Assembly: GCF_035084215.1 (NCBI RefSeq)
Contig: NC_090329.1
Location: 13,516,001-13,580,000, forward strand
From: Heptranchias perlo
Lineage: Eukaryota
Length of the DNA: 64,000 bases
Reading direction: 5' to 3'
Below the pieces are notes generated by a model that saw only the letters and a program-made list of their open reading frames with translations, ran no database searches and was not told where the DNA came from. Shown here one piece after another: positions 11,771-25,300 of the stretch (position 1 is the stretch's first letter; each line of letters opens with the position of its first letter). The translations under genes and the position numbers were made by a program.

Positions 11771-14046
11771 TATTAGTACACTGATTCCCAACTGGGTATG
11801 ATGCCTCAGAGCATCTTGTGGTAGCACAGCATTCTATCTTGTGTAGGGAAATCAAAAAAGTAGACATGCCTAGCTTGTTCAGCAAAAGCACAGCTCAGTT
11901 GGCCAATACACTGAAGCACTGATTAAACGCCTCTTCCTGACACCCCTTGCTAACTGACATTAGAAGCAATTCCATCTCTTTTGAGAACCCAAGGTAAATA
12001 TGGCTGGCAGAAGTGTCATACTTTGGCCACAAGCATTTTAGTGCGTCAATTGTGAGCATCAGCAATTGTGAATGGACCAAGGCATTTTGCACAGTATCGA
12101 CAGCCTATGCCAAAGTTGGTCTCAACTGTGGAGACACTTCTTTGCTTTGATGCAGGTAATGTAATAAGTGGGTCAGTACAGAACTACTAGATACCAGTGC
12201 AGTCAGAAATTCCATTCTTTTGTACAAAATGTTGTGCCTCAGCACCTTGTGCTGTTTTTGGCTGCTTTATGAGTCTATTGAAACCATATTATCTTAATAT
12301 GCAAGAGCTGACAATATCAGATCTCACTAGAATTGGGATAACCAGATACATTTAGTGAGTGCAAAACATCAGAAAATTACTAGTTAATGACACTTCTACA
12401 GATTTACACGTTAAAGAAAAAAAAATTACCTGACTTCGCAATAGGATTTATATCACGTATGTTATAATGTCCTGATAAGTCACACCAAAAAACATGTCAG
12501 AATGAAAAATGCTGTGAAGTTGCAAATGCATTCCTCACAAAATGAAATTAATCACTAAAGTATATTAAGCTTGAAAAATTACTGAACTGTGTGCAGAAGG
12601 AGAAACTATTTGATATTCATGAACTCTTCACAAAATGTAAAACAAATTCTACTGAAGATATTTCATTGCTAAACAATACAATTTTCCCACCAACATTCAA
12701 TACCTCATTTATAGTAAGAAAGAATTACTGAAAATCTACTACGAGATGAAGTAGGGAGGGAGGAGGCTCGTGTGGAGCATAAACGTAGTCATAGACAGGT
12801 TGGGCCAAATGGCCTGTTTCTATGCTGCAGTTTCATGCAACTCGATGTACTACTAAAACCAAGCTAGGAGCTGCAGTGAGAGATGAGACAGAAACTGCAG
12901 AATGGCAGAGTTAGGACAAGACAAAGGAAGTAAAAGTTTAAAGATAACATAAAAGGGGAGTGGGGCCCATGTCAACAGGCATCCCTAACTGATGAGGAAC
13001 TTTGTTCACAAATTGCTACGGCTTCTATTCTGGGCAAATTTGCATAATGGGAGATTTCAACTTTCCTTGTATTACATGGTCTGATGGCAAACCATCTAGT
13101 GTACTGAGGGCAAACCATCTAGTGTACTGAGGAAGAGTAGCTGAGACTTTTGTGGACATAATCAGTGATTGTTTCCTTACACAGCATGTTGATGAAGCAT
13201 CTAGGGATAGACAAATTCTTGATCTGGTTTTTTAGCAGTGTCCCTAGTGCTATATCAAACCTCCATGTAGGGGAACACCTGGCCAGGTTTAATCTTATTG
13301 GCCAAAGGCTGCAGCCAATCCAATGCTGGTCCCATATTTTAAGAGGGCTAATTTTACAAAAATGGCCAAGAGCTGACAAAAGAGGACGAGGCAACCCTAC
13401 TAGATAGGCAACCCTACTAGATAGGCAACCAAATACTGTGGACAAATGGGTTCTATTTAAAACCACTCTCAAATAGAATGAAGCCATGCATGTCACAATG
13501 GTTAAAAAAAGGGCACATGGCAAAACAAAACCCTTATGGTTGACAAAGAACGTGCAGAGGCAAATCAGATTGAAGCAGAAGACATTCTACACACTTAAGG
13601 AACTTAACACAAAAAAGAACAGGGATAAGTATTGCGTGCAATTGAGAGAGACAAAAACAGCCATAAGATTAGCCAAGAGATCTCTGGAAAAGATGGTGCG
13701 CAATTGTAGCAGTAATAGCAGATGATTTTTCAGCTATGTAAGGAGTCAGAAGACCATTAAGGGTTATATAGAGCCACTGAAGGACAGATTCAAACTATGG
13801 CAGAGCTGCTAAATAACTATTTCGCATCAGTTTATACACCTGAAGTTGATGCTCATGTTCCAGGTATGGGGTGCTCTGTATTGAATAGCATTATTATTAA
13901 AAAAGATTAGTAATGTTATCTTGGATAGAATAGAAAAGCTCAAAATTGATAGGGCTCCAGGTCTGGATAATATCCGCCCAAGGGGGGACAGGTGCTCTAT
14001 GAGCCCTTCGTCCATATCCAATAGTTCAATAGAGTCAGGGGTAATA

Positions 14047-14974
14047 GGAACATAAAAACGTAAGAAATAGGAGCAGGAGTAGGCCAATCGGCCCTTCGAG
14101 CCTGCTCCGCCATTTAATAAGATCATGGCTGATCTGATCCTAACCTCAAATCTAAATTCATGTCCAATTTCCTGCCCGCTCCCCGTAACCCCTAATTCCC
14201 TTCACTTCTAGGAAACTGTCTATTTCTGCTTTGAATTTATTCAATGATGTAGCTTCCACAGCTTCCTGGGGCAGCAAATTCCACAGACCTACTACCCTCT
14301 GAGTGAAGAAGTTTCTCCTCATCTCAGTTTTGAAGGAGCAGCCCCTTATTCTAAGATTATGCCCCCTTGTTCTAGTTTCACCCAACCTTGGGAAAATCCT
14401 CACCGCATCCACCTGATCAAGACCCTTCACAATCTTATATGTTTCAATAAGATCGCCTCTCATTCTTCTGAACTCCAATGAGTAGAGTCCCAATCTACTC
14501 AACCTCTCCTCATATGTCCGCCCCCTCATCCCCGGGATTAATCGAGTGAACCTTCTTTGTACTGGCTCGAGAGCAAGTATGTCTTTTCTTAAGTATGGAC
14601 ACCAAAACTGTATGCAGTATTCCAGGTGCGGTCTCACCAATACCTTATATAACTGCAGCAATACCTCCCTGTTTTTATATTCTATCCCGCTAGCGATAAA
14701 CGCCAACATTCCGTTGGCCTTCTTGATCACCTGCTGCACCTTCATACTAACTTTTTGATTTTCTTGCACTAGTACCCCCAGATCCCTTTGTACTGCAGTA
14801 CTTTCCAGTCTCTTGCCATCAAGAAAATAACTTGCTCTCTGGTTTTTCCTGCCAAAGTGCATAACCTCACATTTTCCAATATTGTATTTCATCTGCCAAA
14901 TCTCTGCCCACTCACCCAGCCTGTCTATATCCCCCTGCAGGTTTTTTATATCCTCCTCACTCTCTACTTTCCCT
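14047..14974 (-). mobile_element. Young 5'-truncated CR1 LINE, same subfamily as 5669-6776
   Basis: 244-aa ORF nearly identical to the 5776..6768 ORF. It interrupts the host CR1 between SIESGV and VVPLDW. Confidence 0.93.
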
Positions 14975-15856
14975 TAGTAGTTCCCTTAGACTGGAAGCTA
15001 GCTCATGTAGTTCCCATTTTCAAAAAGGAGGGCACATCAGAGCCAGGGAACTACAAGCCCATCAGCCTGACATTCATTATTGGGAAGATGCTAGAAGGAA
15101 TCATAAGAGATGCCCTTTACAATCAATGGGAAAGAGAAAGGGCCATTAAAAATTCACAACACTGCTTCTGGAAAAGTAGATCATGCCTTTATTAATGACT
15201 TTGACAGTGGTGTTGGGAGTATGGTCAGTAAGTTTGCAGCCGATACCAAAATCTGTGCAAGGGTTAAGACAGTAGAGGAGTACAATCAAATTCAAAGATT
15301 TAGATGCACTAGAGAAATGGGCTACACAATGGCAAATAACTTAAATAAATGTAGGGTCACGCATATTGGTAGGACCAATACAAAACACATAATTTCCAGG
15401 GAACAATACTGAAAGAGGTTGAGAGAGAAAAAGATCTAGGTGTTATTGTGCACAGATCACTGAAGGTTCATGACCAATGTCGAGAAACTGTAGCTAAAGT
15501 TAACAGGGTATTGGGTTGTATCAATAGAACCATTCAGAACAAATCAAAGGACACCATTCTATTATACCGGCTGGTTAGAACGCATTTGGAGTACTGCACC
15601 CAGTTTTGGTCCCCTCACATGGCGAGTGATAGTGGCCTTGGAAAAGGTTGAGGATAGCTACGAGAATGATTCCTAGATAAAAGAACCTCAGTTACTCAGA
15701 TAGGCTTAAGGAGCTGGGTCTGTTTACTTTAGAGCAGCGTAGATTAGAGATGACCTGATAGAGGTTTATAAAATAATGTAAGGGCTGTATAGATTATTCC
15801 AGTCTGACAGATTGGTGAGAACCAGGGGATAGGAGCTTAAACTACGCAAGAGTAGG

Positions 15857-18367
15857 AATAGAATCATAGAATCATAGAATCATAGAAGTTACAACATGGA
15901 AACAGGCCCTTCGGCCCAACATGTCCATGTCGCCCAGTTTATACCACTAAGCTAGTCCCAATTGCCTGCACTTGGCCCATATCCCTCGATACCCATCTTA
16001 CCCATGTAACTGTCCAAATGCTTTTTAAAAGACAAAATTGTACCCGCCTCTACTACTGCCTCTGGCAGCTCGTTCCAGACACTCACCACCCTTTGAGTGA
16101 AAAAATTGCCCCTCTGGACCCTTTTGTATCTCTCCCCTCTCACCTTAAATCTGTGCCCCCTCGTTATAGACTCCCCTACCTTTGGGAAAAGATTTTGACT
16201 ATCTACCTTATCTATGCCCCTCATTATTTTATAGACTTCTATAAGATCTCCCCTTAACCTCCTACTCTCCAGGGAATAAAGTCCCAGTCTGTCTAACCTC
16301 TCCCTGTAAGTCAAACCATCAAGTCCCGGTAGCATCCTCGTAAATCTTTTCTGCACTCTTTCTAGTTTAATAATATCCTTTCTATAATAGGGTGACCAGA
16401 ACTGTACACAGTACTCCAAGTGTGGCCTCACCAATGCCCTGTACAACTTCAACAAGACATCCCAACTCCTGCATTCAATGTTCTGACCAATGAAACCAAG
16501 CATGCTGAATGCCTTCTTCACCACCCTATCCACCTGTGACTCCACTTTCAAGGAGCTATGAATCTGTACTCCCAGATCTCTTTGTTCTATAACTCTCCCC
16601 AACGCCCTACCATTAACGGAGTAGGTCCTGGCCCGATTCGATCTACCAAAATGCATCACCTCACATTTATCTAAATTAAACTCCATCTGCCATTCATCGG
16701 CCCACTGGCCCAATTTATCAAGATCCCGTTGCAATCCTAGATAACCTTCTTCACTGTCCACAATGCCACCAATCTTGGTGTCATCTGCAAACTTACTAAC
16801 CATGCCTCCTAAATTCTCATCCAAATCATTAATATAAATAACAAATAACAGCGGACCCAGCACCGATCCCTGAGGCACACCGCTGGACACAGGCATCCAG
16901 TTTGAAAAACAACCCTCTACAACCACCCTCTGTCTTCTGTCGTCAAGCCAATTTTGTATCCAATTGGCTACCTCACCTTGGATCCCATGAGATTTAACCT
17001 TATGTAACAACCTACCTTGCGGTACCTTGTCAAATGCTTTGCTGAAGTCCATGTAGACCACGTCTACTGCACAGCCCTCATCTATCTTCTTGGTTACCCC
17101 TTCAAAAAACTCAATCAAATTCGTGAGACATGATTTTCCTCTCACAAAACCATGCTGACTGTTCCTAATTAGTCCCTGCCTCTCCAAATGCCTGTAGATC
17201 CTGTCCCTCAGAATACCCTCTAACAACTTACCCACTACAGATGTCAGGCTCACTGGTCTGTAGTTCCCAGGCTTTTCCCTGCCGCCCTTCTTAAACAAAG
17301 GCACAACATTTGCTACCCTCCAATCTTCAGGCACCTCACCTGTAGCGGTGGATGATTCAAATATCTCTGCTAGGGGACCCGCAATTTCCTCCCTAACCTC
17401 CCATAACGTCCTGGGATACATTTCATCAGGTCCCGGAGATTTATCTACCTTGATGCGCGTTAAGACTTCCAGCACCTCCCTCTCTGTAATATGTACACTC
17501 CTCAAGACATCACTATTTATTTCCCCAAGTTCCCTAACATCCATGCCTTTCTCAACCGTAAATACCGATGTGAAATATTCATTCAGGATCTCACCCATCT
17601 CTTGTGGTTCCGCACATAGATGACCTTGTTGATCCTTAAGAGGCCCTACTCTCTCCCTAGTTACCCTTTTGCCCTTTATGTATTTGTAGAAGCTCTTTGG
17701 ATTCACCTTTGCCTGATCTGCCAAAGCAATCTCATATCTCCTTTTTGCCCTCCTGATTTCTCTCTTAACTCTACTCCGGCAATCTCTATACTCTTCAAGG
17801 GATCCACTTGATCCCAGCTGCCTATGCATGTCATATGCCTCCTTCTTCTTTTTGACTAGTGCCGCAATCTCCCGAGTCATCCAAGGTTCCCTACTTCTAC
17901 CAGCCTTGCCCTTCACTTTATAAGGAATGTGCTTACCCTGAACCCTGGTTAACACACTTTTGAAAGCCTCCCACTTACCAGACGTCCCTTTGCCTGCCAA
18001 CAGACTCTCCCAATCAACTTCTGAAAGTTCCTGTCTAATACCATCAAAATTGGCCTTTCCCCAATTTAGAATTTTAACTTTTGGGCCAGACCTATCCTTC
18101 TCCATAGCTATCTTGAAACTAATGGAATTATGATCACTGGTCCCAAAGTGATCCCTCACTAACACTTCTGTCACCTGCCCTTCCTTATTTCCCAAGAGGA
18201 GGTCAAGTTTTGCCCCCTCTCTAGTCGGGCCATCCACATACTGAATGAGAAATTCCTCCTGAATACACTCAACAAATTTCTCTCCATCCAAGCCCCTAAT
18301 GCTATGGCTGTCCCAGTCAATGTTGGGAAAGTTAAAGTCCCCTACTATTACCACCCTATTTTTCTTG
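15857..18367 (-). mobile_element. Young CR1 LINE with uninterrupted ORF2 segment (end of APE endonuclease + full RT)
   Basis: About 805 codons without a stop, from KKNRVVIVGDFN through SDH, NYRPVSLTS, MDFSKAFD, QGSVLGP and FADD to the stop at 15952. (ATAGAATC)n tail at ~15858-15887. Confidence 0.96.
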
Positions 18368-21300
18368 ACATTAGGCAGTAGTTCTTTTCCCAGAGAGTAG
18401 TGAGCCTCTGGAATGTGTTGCCAGCTGGCGTGGTGGGTGCTGACTCTCTGTATGCCTTCAAGAGGAAGCTGGACCATTCCATGACATGGACACAGATCGC
18501 ATCATATAGAAGGTGAATGGCTATACAGATAACATGTGATCTCCTGGACTAGTTTCGATTGCACGAGGGGGTCGGAGATGAATTTTCCAAACTATTTTTC
18601 CTCCCCCCCCTTATTGGCCCTGGGCTTTTGCGTCTTCCAGGAGATTACACGGCTGCAGGGGAGGGGGTAGGAAGTATCTAGTCATGATGCTCCAGCCAGC
18701 ATGATTGTGAGGCAGGCTTGATAGTCGAACTGGTCTTTTCCTGCCCGTTATTTTCATATGTTGGTATGTCATGCATATAACAGGTCTTTTTACACTTTTC
18801 TGTGCACTTCAATGGCAGAAAAAGACCAAATTATAGTCTGATGTCGTAATGTGCTTCAGATATCCATGCACAAAAGCAAGGGTAAAACTCCCAATGCAAG
18901 GCTGGCGATGAGTCACGGGCATGGAAACATTGCACGGTGCTTTATTTGGTGTCCCCTTGCACAGCTGCTTTGCAGCAGCAACAGGGTGGGGCTGACTAAG
19001 CTGAATCTGCCTAAACTAAATTTCACTCAGAATTCCTGAAGCATAGAGAGAAGACTTCCATCTCATCCGTGGAAACTGAATTCAAGGCCAAATTCCAGAG
19101 ATGAAAGGATGGTGCGCCGCACGGCTGACAGGTTAGCAGTGTTTGAACGTCATCTCTGCAATGAAATAGAATCAAACCTGATTTTTTTTCCTAGGATTAA
19201 CATACTGTGGTGAATACTATATAATGCTTCAATTTATTAAGAATGATTTTTTAAAAAAAGTTACAATCAGGTGTTTCCAATCTACTTTACTCAAATTTAT
19301 ACACATATGTAGCAGCTTTAATTGATCAAGGTGACCCTTTTTTTTTTAAACAGCATTTTCCTCTACCTGTTTCCCCCCCCAATTTATTTCACACCAATCA
19401 CATCCAGAACATTTCTTTTTTTGATCTCAACACTTACCAAATTCAGTTTTTGCTTTCAAATGCAGCTGAACCAAAGATGAGGCCCCAGTAAAATATGTTT
19501 CACAGAAAAATCAAGCCTGTCACGCAATATTATGTGCAGTATGTTCCGACACACGAGTGCAGAATGGGATGTAGATTTCTGAGACCATTTAAAACAATTC
19601 AATCCCTTTTCCTTCAGGTCATTCTTATATTTCAGAAGTAAACTAGTTATTTAACAAGATAAATATATACCGAAATCTAAACATTAAATTCCCATTTTAT
19701 TTTTCATTTAAGATACAAAAAGGTACAGAGAAGTGAATTACATGTCCTTGTATTAACTGAATTACATGAATTTATGTCTAGTGGTCAATGAGACACTAAA
19801 TAATTAACTTGATGAGTCACACTACATACACATATGGAAGCATCCAGAATGAATTGGTTTGTGTAATGAATTGAGGAGAAAAAGTAGTCTAAACCCGGCC
19901 ATCCGAAGTGCAATATATTTGCCAGCCTCATTCTGCTCATTAGAGTCTGAACCACGTTTTGATCCAATTATGCAATACCCACATGTACAAGACCAAAATC
20001 ATGTCCAACTCATTCCTTAATCATAGGTTATTTTGTCAGACGCGTGAAAGCTGGAATAGAAAGAACCTATCTTCCCTGTTCTTTTCTCCTCAGTTCACCT
20101 CTCTTCCCCCCTTCCTCAGTTTCACACTGAAAGACACACAGCTCCCCATCAGGATGGGTTGACTGCACGGGTGATAGCACTAATAAAAGGAACTGACCAA
20201 CATATTATGGATGCATCAAGCACAGAATTGAATAACCTACACATGTTGATACAAATTCCACATAAAAGAATTTAAGAAACCCAAGGGACAAAGTGTCATG
20301 TACAAATGACATATTCAGGACTGCTACTTTAATTTGTTGATTGTTGATTTAGTTCAATGCACATTGATTGAAGCCTAAACATTTAACAAGATTAAGTTTT
20401 CCTTCAAAACATCCATATTATAGTCCTGGCATAATATAGCTCTCAAGCATGACCAACAGCAAGTTCTATTCAATGGTAATCTTGAGCTACAGTAGCATTG
20501 GTTAGCCACAATATAAGACCTGAAGAAAACAATACCCAGAAATTCATTGCGCATGGCATCATTTGGGTATCCATTTACAATGAATCAAACACACTATGCA
20601 CCAGTAGGAAAGTAATTTGTACGTAGCCTTTGGCTTCCTCCAAAAATGGAGCAGCACTGTATATATGACGTGACATTTAGCACATACTGGTTGTGCATGT
20701 GCGGTGATGCCTCAGGAGAAATCTGAAGCATGCAATGTGAACAAATATATCTTACTATCACAACTGAAAGACGTTAGGACCATGTCCCAATGCACTGATG
20801 TTCAAGCTAAGGCACAAAAGATTCAAGGCATATGCTGGTTCTATTACTAAAGAGGGGAGACAGTGGAAATATACAGCTAATTCAGTCACATGCTCTTAAG
20901 ACCTGATACTCCAAAATCAAACTGACATTATCAGATGACCACAAGACATCCCTGGACTTTTAATGACACTTTAGCATGTGACTGGAAAGAATATTATGCC
21001 TGCACTTTATATTTAATTAATCCAGATAACTGCAAAATAGACTACTTATATCAATCTTTACTAACTAAATCAAGGATGTAGAAACATGAGGTAAGAGTGG
21101 TTTACATAATTCAATGCGATTTTTTTGCATTAGCAATGAACTCCTGTAATACATACATGTTTCACATGCAACCTCTTATTCTCAAAATCCTATTTTCATC
21201 TCAGTAAAGGCAAATTTACAAGCTTAAATTGAATTAAGCTAGCTGAAACAAATTTTAGAAAGTAGCAATTTGAATGACAATTTTTAATCCAAGAATAATC

Positions 21301-21543
21301 ACTCTCAGTAGACCCGTTCCTGTACAGATCCCTCAGCAATTACTCATATACAATAACTGCTGAAAGGTTGTGAAACTTGCACAGTAAAATCATAAAACTT
21401 CATTAAAGCAAACGATAGCAAGTCCAAAATTCCTTCCAAAAAACTGAATTTACTGGGGAAAGTCACGATAGTAACAGTCATTTCAAGTTTGGGAACTAGG
21501 CTTAAATTCAGGGTGTAAAAAGAGCAAGGGTGGGTGGGAGGGA

Positions 21544-21645
21544 GACAGAGAGAGCGCGCCAGTGGGCGACAGAGAGCGCGCCAGTGGGCGACAGAGAGCG
21601 CTCAGGAGCGACAGAGAGCGCTCAGGAGCGACAGAGCGCGCGAGC
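21544..21645 (+). repeat. GC/CpG-rich compound minisatellite
   Basis: Two copies of GACAGAGAGCGCGCCAGTGGGC, then two of GACAGAGAGCGCTCAGGAGC, then a partial unit. Confidence 0.85.
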
Positions 21646-22354
21646 AGTTGATATTTATCACTCACTGCTACACAGTAGGATAGTATGCAAGATGTACCAG
21701 TTAGACGCTGATATCTGAGATTGAGTAGTATTGAAGTGGGAGGGGAGGTTTAGCTTCACTGGGACTTTGATAGCATTGCGGTAAGTTCCTGGGGTTTGGC
21801 AGAACTGGGATGGGCATCCTGAAGATTGGCAGGACGCGAGAATACAAAACCAGAATTTGTCAGAACTCGGGGGTGGGAGAGGTGGAATATGGGGCTTGGC
21901 TCACTGATGGATTCCTGGTATCTGTCAGCAATGAGGAGAGATGGAGAGCATGGGCCTGAAAGCACTCGGGGTATCAGATCCCTGGTCTGACAGCACTGGT
22001 TTTTGAAGTTGCTTGAAAGATCTCCACAAACATTAAAGTCAGTGTTTCTGCCTGTATCTCTATTCGTCCATCATTAATTACAATGTTTATATTTTCTACC
22101 CATCAACAAAACATAGCTGATAGTAATCAGAGCCTGTTTGCCTGAGAAGCTTTCAGAATTTGTTCTGAACTGAAATTATGTTGAGAAAGTTACTGCTGCT
22201 TTTCATTTTGCAACTTGACACGCTTCCTTAAATTCCTAAAAAATGAATAGATTTTATTTTTTTTTAAATTCAGTTGAAAACCTACTCAAAGTCATCATCT
22301 AGATTGCATTCAAATCATTTCCAAAAACAAAGAGACTGTTTTACATAAAAATGG

Positions 22355-25300
22355 GGGGGGTTTGAGTTTCCGCCGGTAATATCAGCGCAATCCGGGGGGA
22401 ATCAGCCAAACCAACGCAAAAGGTCGGGGAATTCTAAACACAATTGAGTTACGCCCAAAACCACTTACGTTTGTGTTTTCTGTGAACTTTTCCACTGGTT
22501 TAAGATTCAATTCACCTGGCTCAGTCCCCACCCACAAAACTGGCTATGCCCCTAGGTCTAAATTGTGAGATTCTGACCAGTGCAGAAATCCTCCAGGAGC
22601 GTGTCGCTCACTAATTGAATACCGGTGCGAGTGACAACACCGCAAAGGAGTGCAGACCAGAACATGGCACCATCAGGCAAAGGACTGCACGGGGGGGGGG
22701 GGGCACAGCAAAGTGTAGGAATATAATGGTTATAAGGTATTCAATAGTTAGGGGGACAAACAGGCGTTCCTGCAACCGTCAACGTGAGTTCCACTTGGTA
22801 TGTTGCCTCCCTGGGTAAAGGACATCACTGAGAGGGGGCAGAACATTTTCTTTTGGGGGGGGGGGGGGGGGGGGGGGAGGGGGGGAGGGAACTGCCAGAA
22901 GTCGTGGTTCATGTGGGAACCAATGATATAGGAAGGGAAAGGGTTGAGGTCCTGTAGTCAGAGTTTCAGGAGCTAGGGAGGAAGTTAAAAAGCTGGGCCT
23001 CAAAAGGTGGCAATCTCTGGATTACTCCCAGTGCCAAGTGGTAGTGAGTATAGGAATCGTAGGATAAAACCGGTTAATGCGTGGCTGGAGAAAAGGTGTC
23101 GGAGGGAGGGCTTCAGATTCCTGGGGCCTCAGAACTGGTCCCAATGCAGGATGGACCTGTTCAAGATGGACGGGTTGCACCTCAACAAAGCTGAGACCAA
23201 TGACCTCACAGTGAGGTTAACTAGTGCTGTGAGGGAGGGTTTAAACTAATTTGGCAGGAGGGTGGGCACCAGGATGAAACATTAGAGAGGAGAAACAAGG
23301 TGCACAGAGTACCAGGAGAGACGAATAGCACTAGCGTAAAGAATAGTTCTGAAATAGGAGGGATCAGACAGGGGGCAAATGTGAGGCAATCTAAGATGAG
23401 TTTGGAGTGCATGTGCGTAAATGCACATAACGTGGTAAATAAGGTTGGTGAGCTGCAGGCACAAGTTGCCACATGGGACTATGATATAGTGGCTATATCA
23501 CAGACCTGGCTCGAAGAACGGGAGGATTGAGTACAATATTCCTGGCTATAAAGGTATTCAGGAAAGATAGAGAAGGAAGGGGGGGCGGGGGCGGTGGCAG
23601 TATTGATCAAAGAAACTGTTATAGTACTGGAAAGGGATGATGTAGATGAGGGGTCAAAGGCAGAATCTATTTGGTTAGAATTAAGCAACAACAGAGGAGC
23701 TATTACACTACTAGGTATATACTATAGGCCAAACAGTGGGAAAGAGATAGGAGAAGCAAATTTGCAAGCAAATTACAGAAAGATGCAAGTGATAATGGGG
23801 GACTTCAATTTTCCCAATAATAGACTGGGTCAGTAACAGTGTAATGGTAAAGAGGGGGAGGAATTCCTAAAAAGTAACAAGAGAACTTTCTTGATCAGTG
23901 GGTTTCCAACCCAACGAGGAAGGAAACAGCGATGGATCCAGTTCTGGAGAATGAAGTGGAGCATGTTTCAGTTGGGGAGCATTTGGGGAACAATGATCAT
24001 ATCATTAGGTTTAGAATAGTTATGGAAAAGGACAAGGAACAATCAAGCGTAAAAATACTTAACTGGAGGGCTAATTTCAGTGTGTTAAAAAGGGATCTTG
24101 GCCTGGTGGCTTGGAATCAAAAATTGGTAGGCAAAACAGTAATTGAACAACGGGAGGCCTTCAAGGAAGAGATAGTTTGGGTAGAGAGTAGACACATTCC
24201 CACGAGCAGGAAAGAGAGGGTATCTAAAGCTAGAGCTCCCTGGATAACTGAAAATATAGAAATTAAAATGAAACAGAAAAAGGAGGCTTATGACAAATGT
24301 AAGGTTCATTATACAGTAGAGAACCAAACTAAATATGGAAAGTACAGAGGAGATCTAAAAAAGGGAATAAGAGGGGCAGAGAGTATGAGGATACATTAGC
24401 GACTAACATAAAAGGGAACCCAAAAGTCTTATGAACATATAAATAAAAGGATAATCAAAGGAAGGGTGGGGCCGATTAAGGACAAAAAAGGTGATCTTGT
24501 GGAGACAGAGGGTATTGGCTGAGGTATTAAATGAATACTCTGCATTGGTCTTCAAGAGAGAAGAGGATGCTGGCAATTTAGCAGTAAAGGAAGAGGTAGT
24601 AGCGATATTGATAAAATTGGATAAAAATAGATAAAGGAGGTACTTAAAATGTTGGCAGTGCTCAAAGTAGAAAAGCCACCCAGTCCAGATGGGATACATC
24701 CTAGATTACTGAGGGAAGGGTGGAAATTGCAGAAGCTCTTGCCACGATCTTCCATTCCTCCTTAGATAAGGGGGTGGTCTCAGAGGACTGGAGGATTGTA
24801 ATTGTTACACCCCTGTTCAAAAAAGGGGAGAGAGATAAACCCAGCAATTACGGACCAGTCAGCCCAACGTCGGTGGTGGGGAAACTTCTAAAGACAATAA
24901 TCCGGAACAAAATTAACTGGCTAATAAATGAAATTCAGTACGGATTGGTTAAAAGAAAATCGTGTTTGACTAACTTTATGAGTTCTTTGATGAAGTGACA
25001 GAGAGGGATGATGAGGGTAGTGCGGATGACATTGTGTACATGGACTTTCAAAAGACGTTGATAAAGTACCACATAATAGACTTGTTAGCAAAATTAAAGC
25101 CCAAGGGATTAAAGGGACAGTGGCAGTGTAGATACGAAATTGGCTACAGGTCAGAAAGCAGAGAGTAATGGTGAACGGTTTTTCATACTGGAGGGAAGTA
25201 TACATGATGATCCTCAGGAATTGATATTAAGACCACTGCTCTTTTTGATGTATATTAATGACCTGGACTTGAGTGTACAGCATATAATTTCAAAACTCAG

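Larger units (their letters stand above)
13020..18770 (+). mobile_element. Older CR1 LINE (ORF2 + 3' UTR) split by two younger antisense CR1 insertions
   Basis: Collinear decayed ORF2: MGDFNF (~13048), KPLWLTK, VVPLDWKLAHVVPIFKK, SKFAADTKI, LVRTHLEYC, then FFSQRVVSLWN resuming after 18367. The 3' UTR runs to ~18770. Confidence 0.85.

Noticed and set aside
15952-18477. 841-aa RT ORF as a domesticated host gene or a retron/DGR-like system
   Set aside because: It is a typical 5'-truncated CR1 ORF2 with its 3' UTR and microsatellite tail; the N-terminus is borrowed from the antisense host element.
19438-19465. Possible 28-nt cryptic or poison exon (ttggttcag|CTG..TTG|gtaagt)
   Set aside because: The pyrimidine tract is weak and there is no homology; such site pairs are expected by chance in a 32-kb intron.
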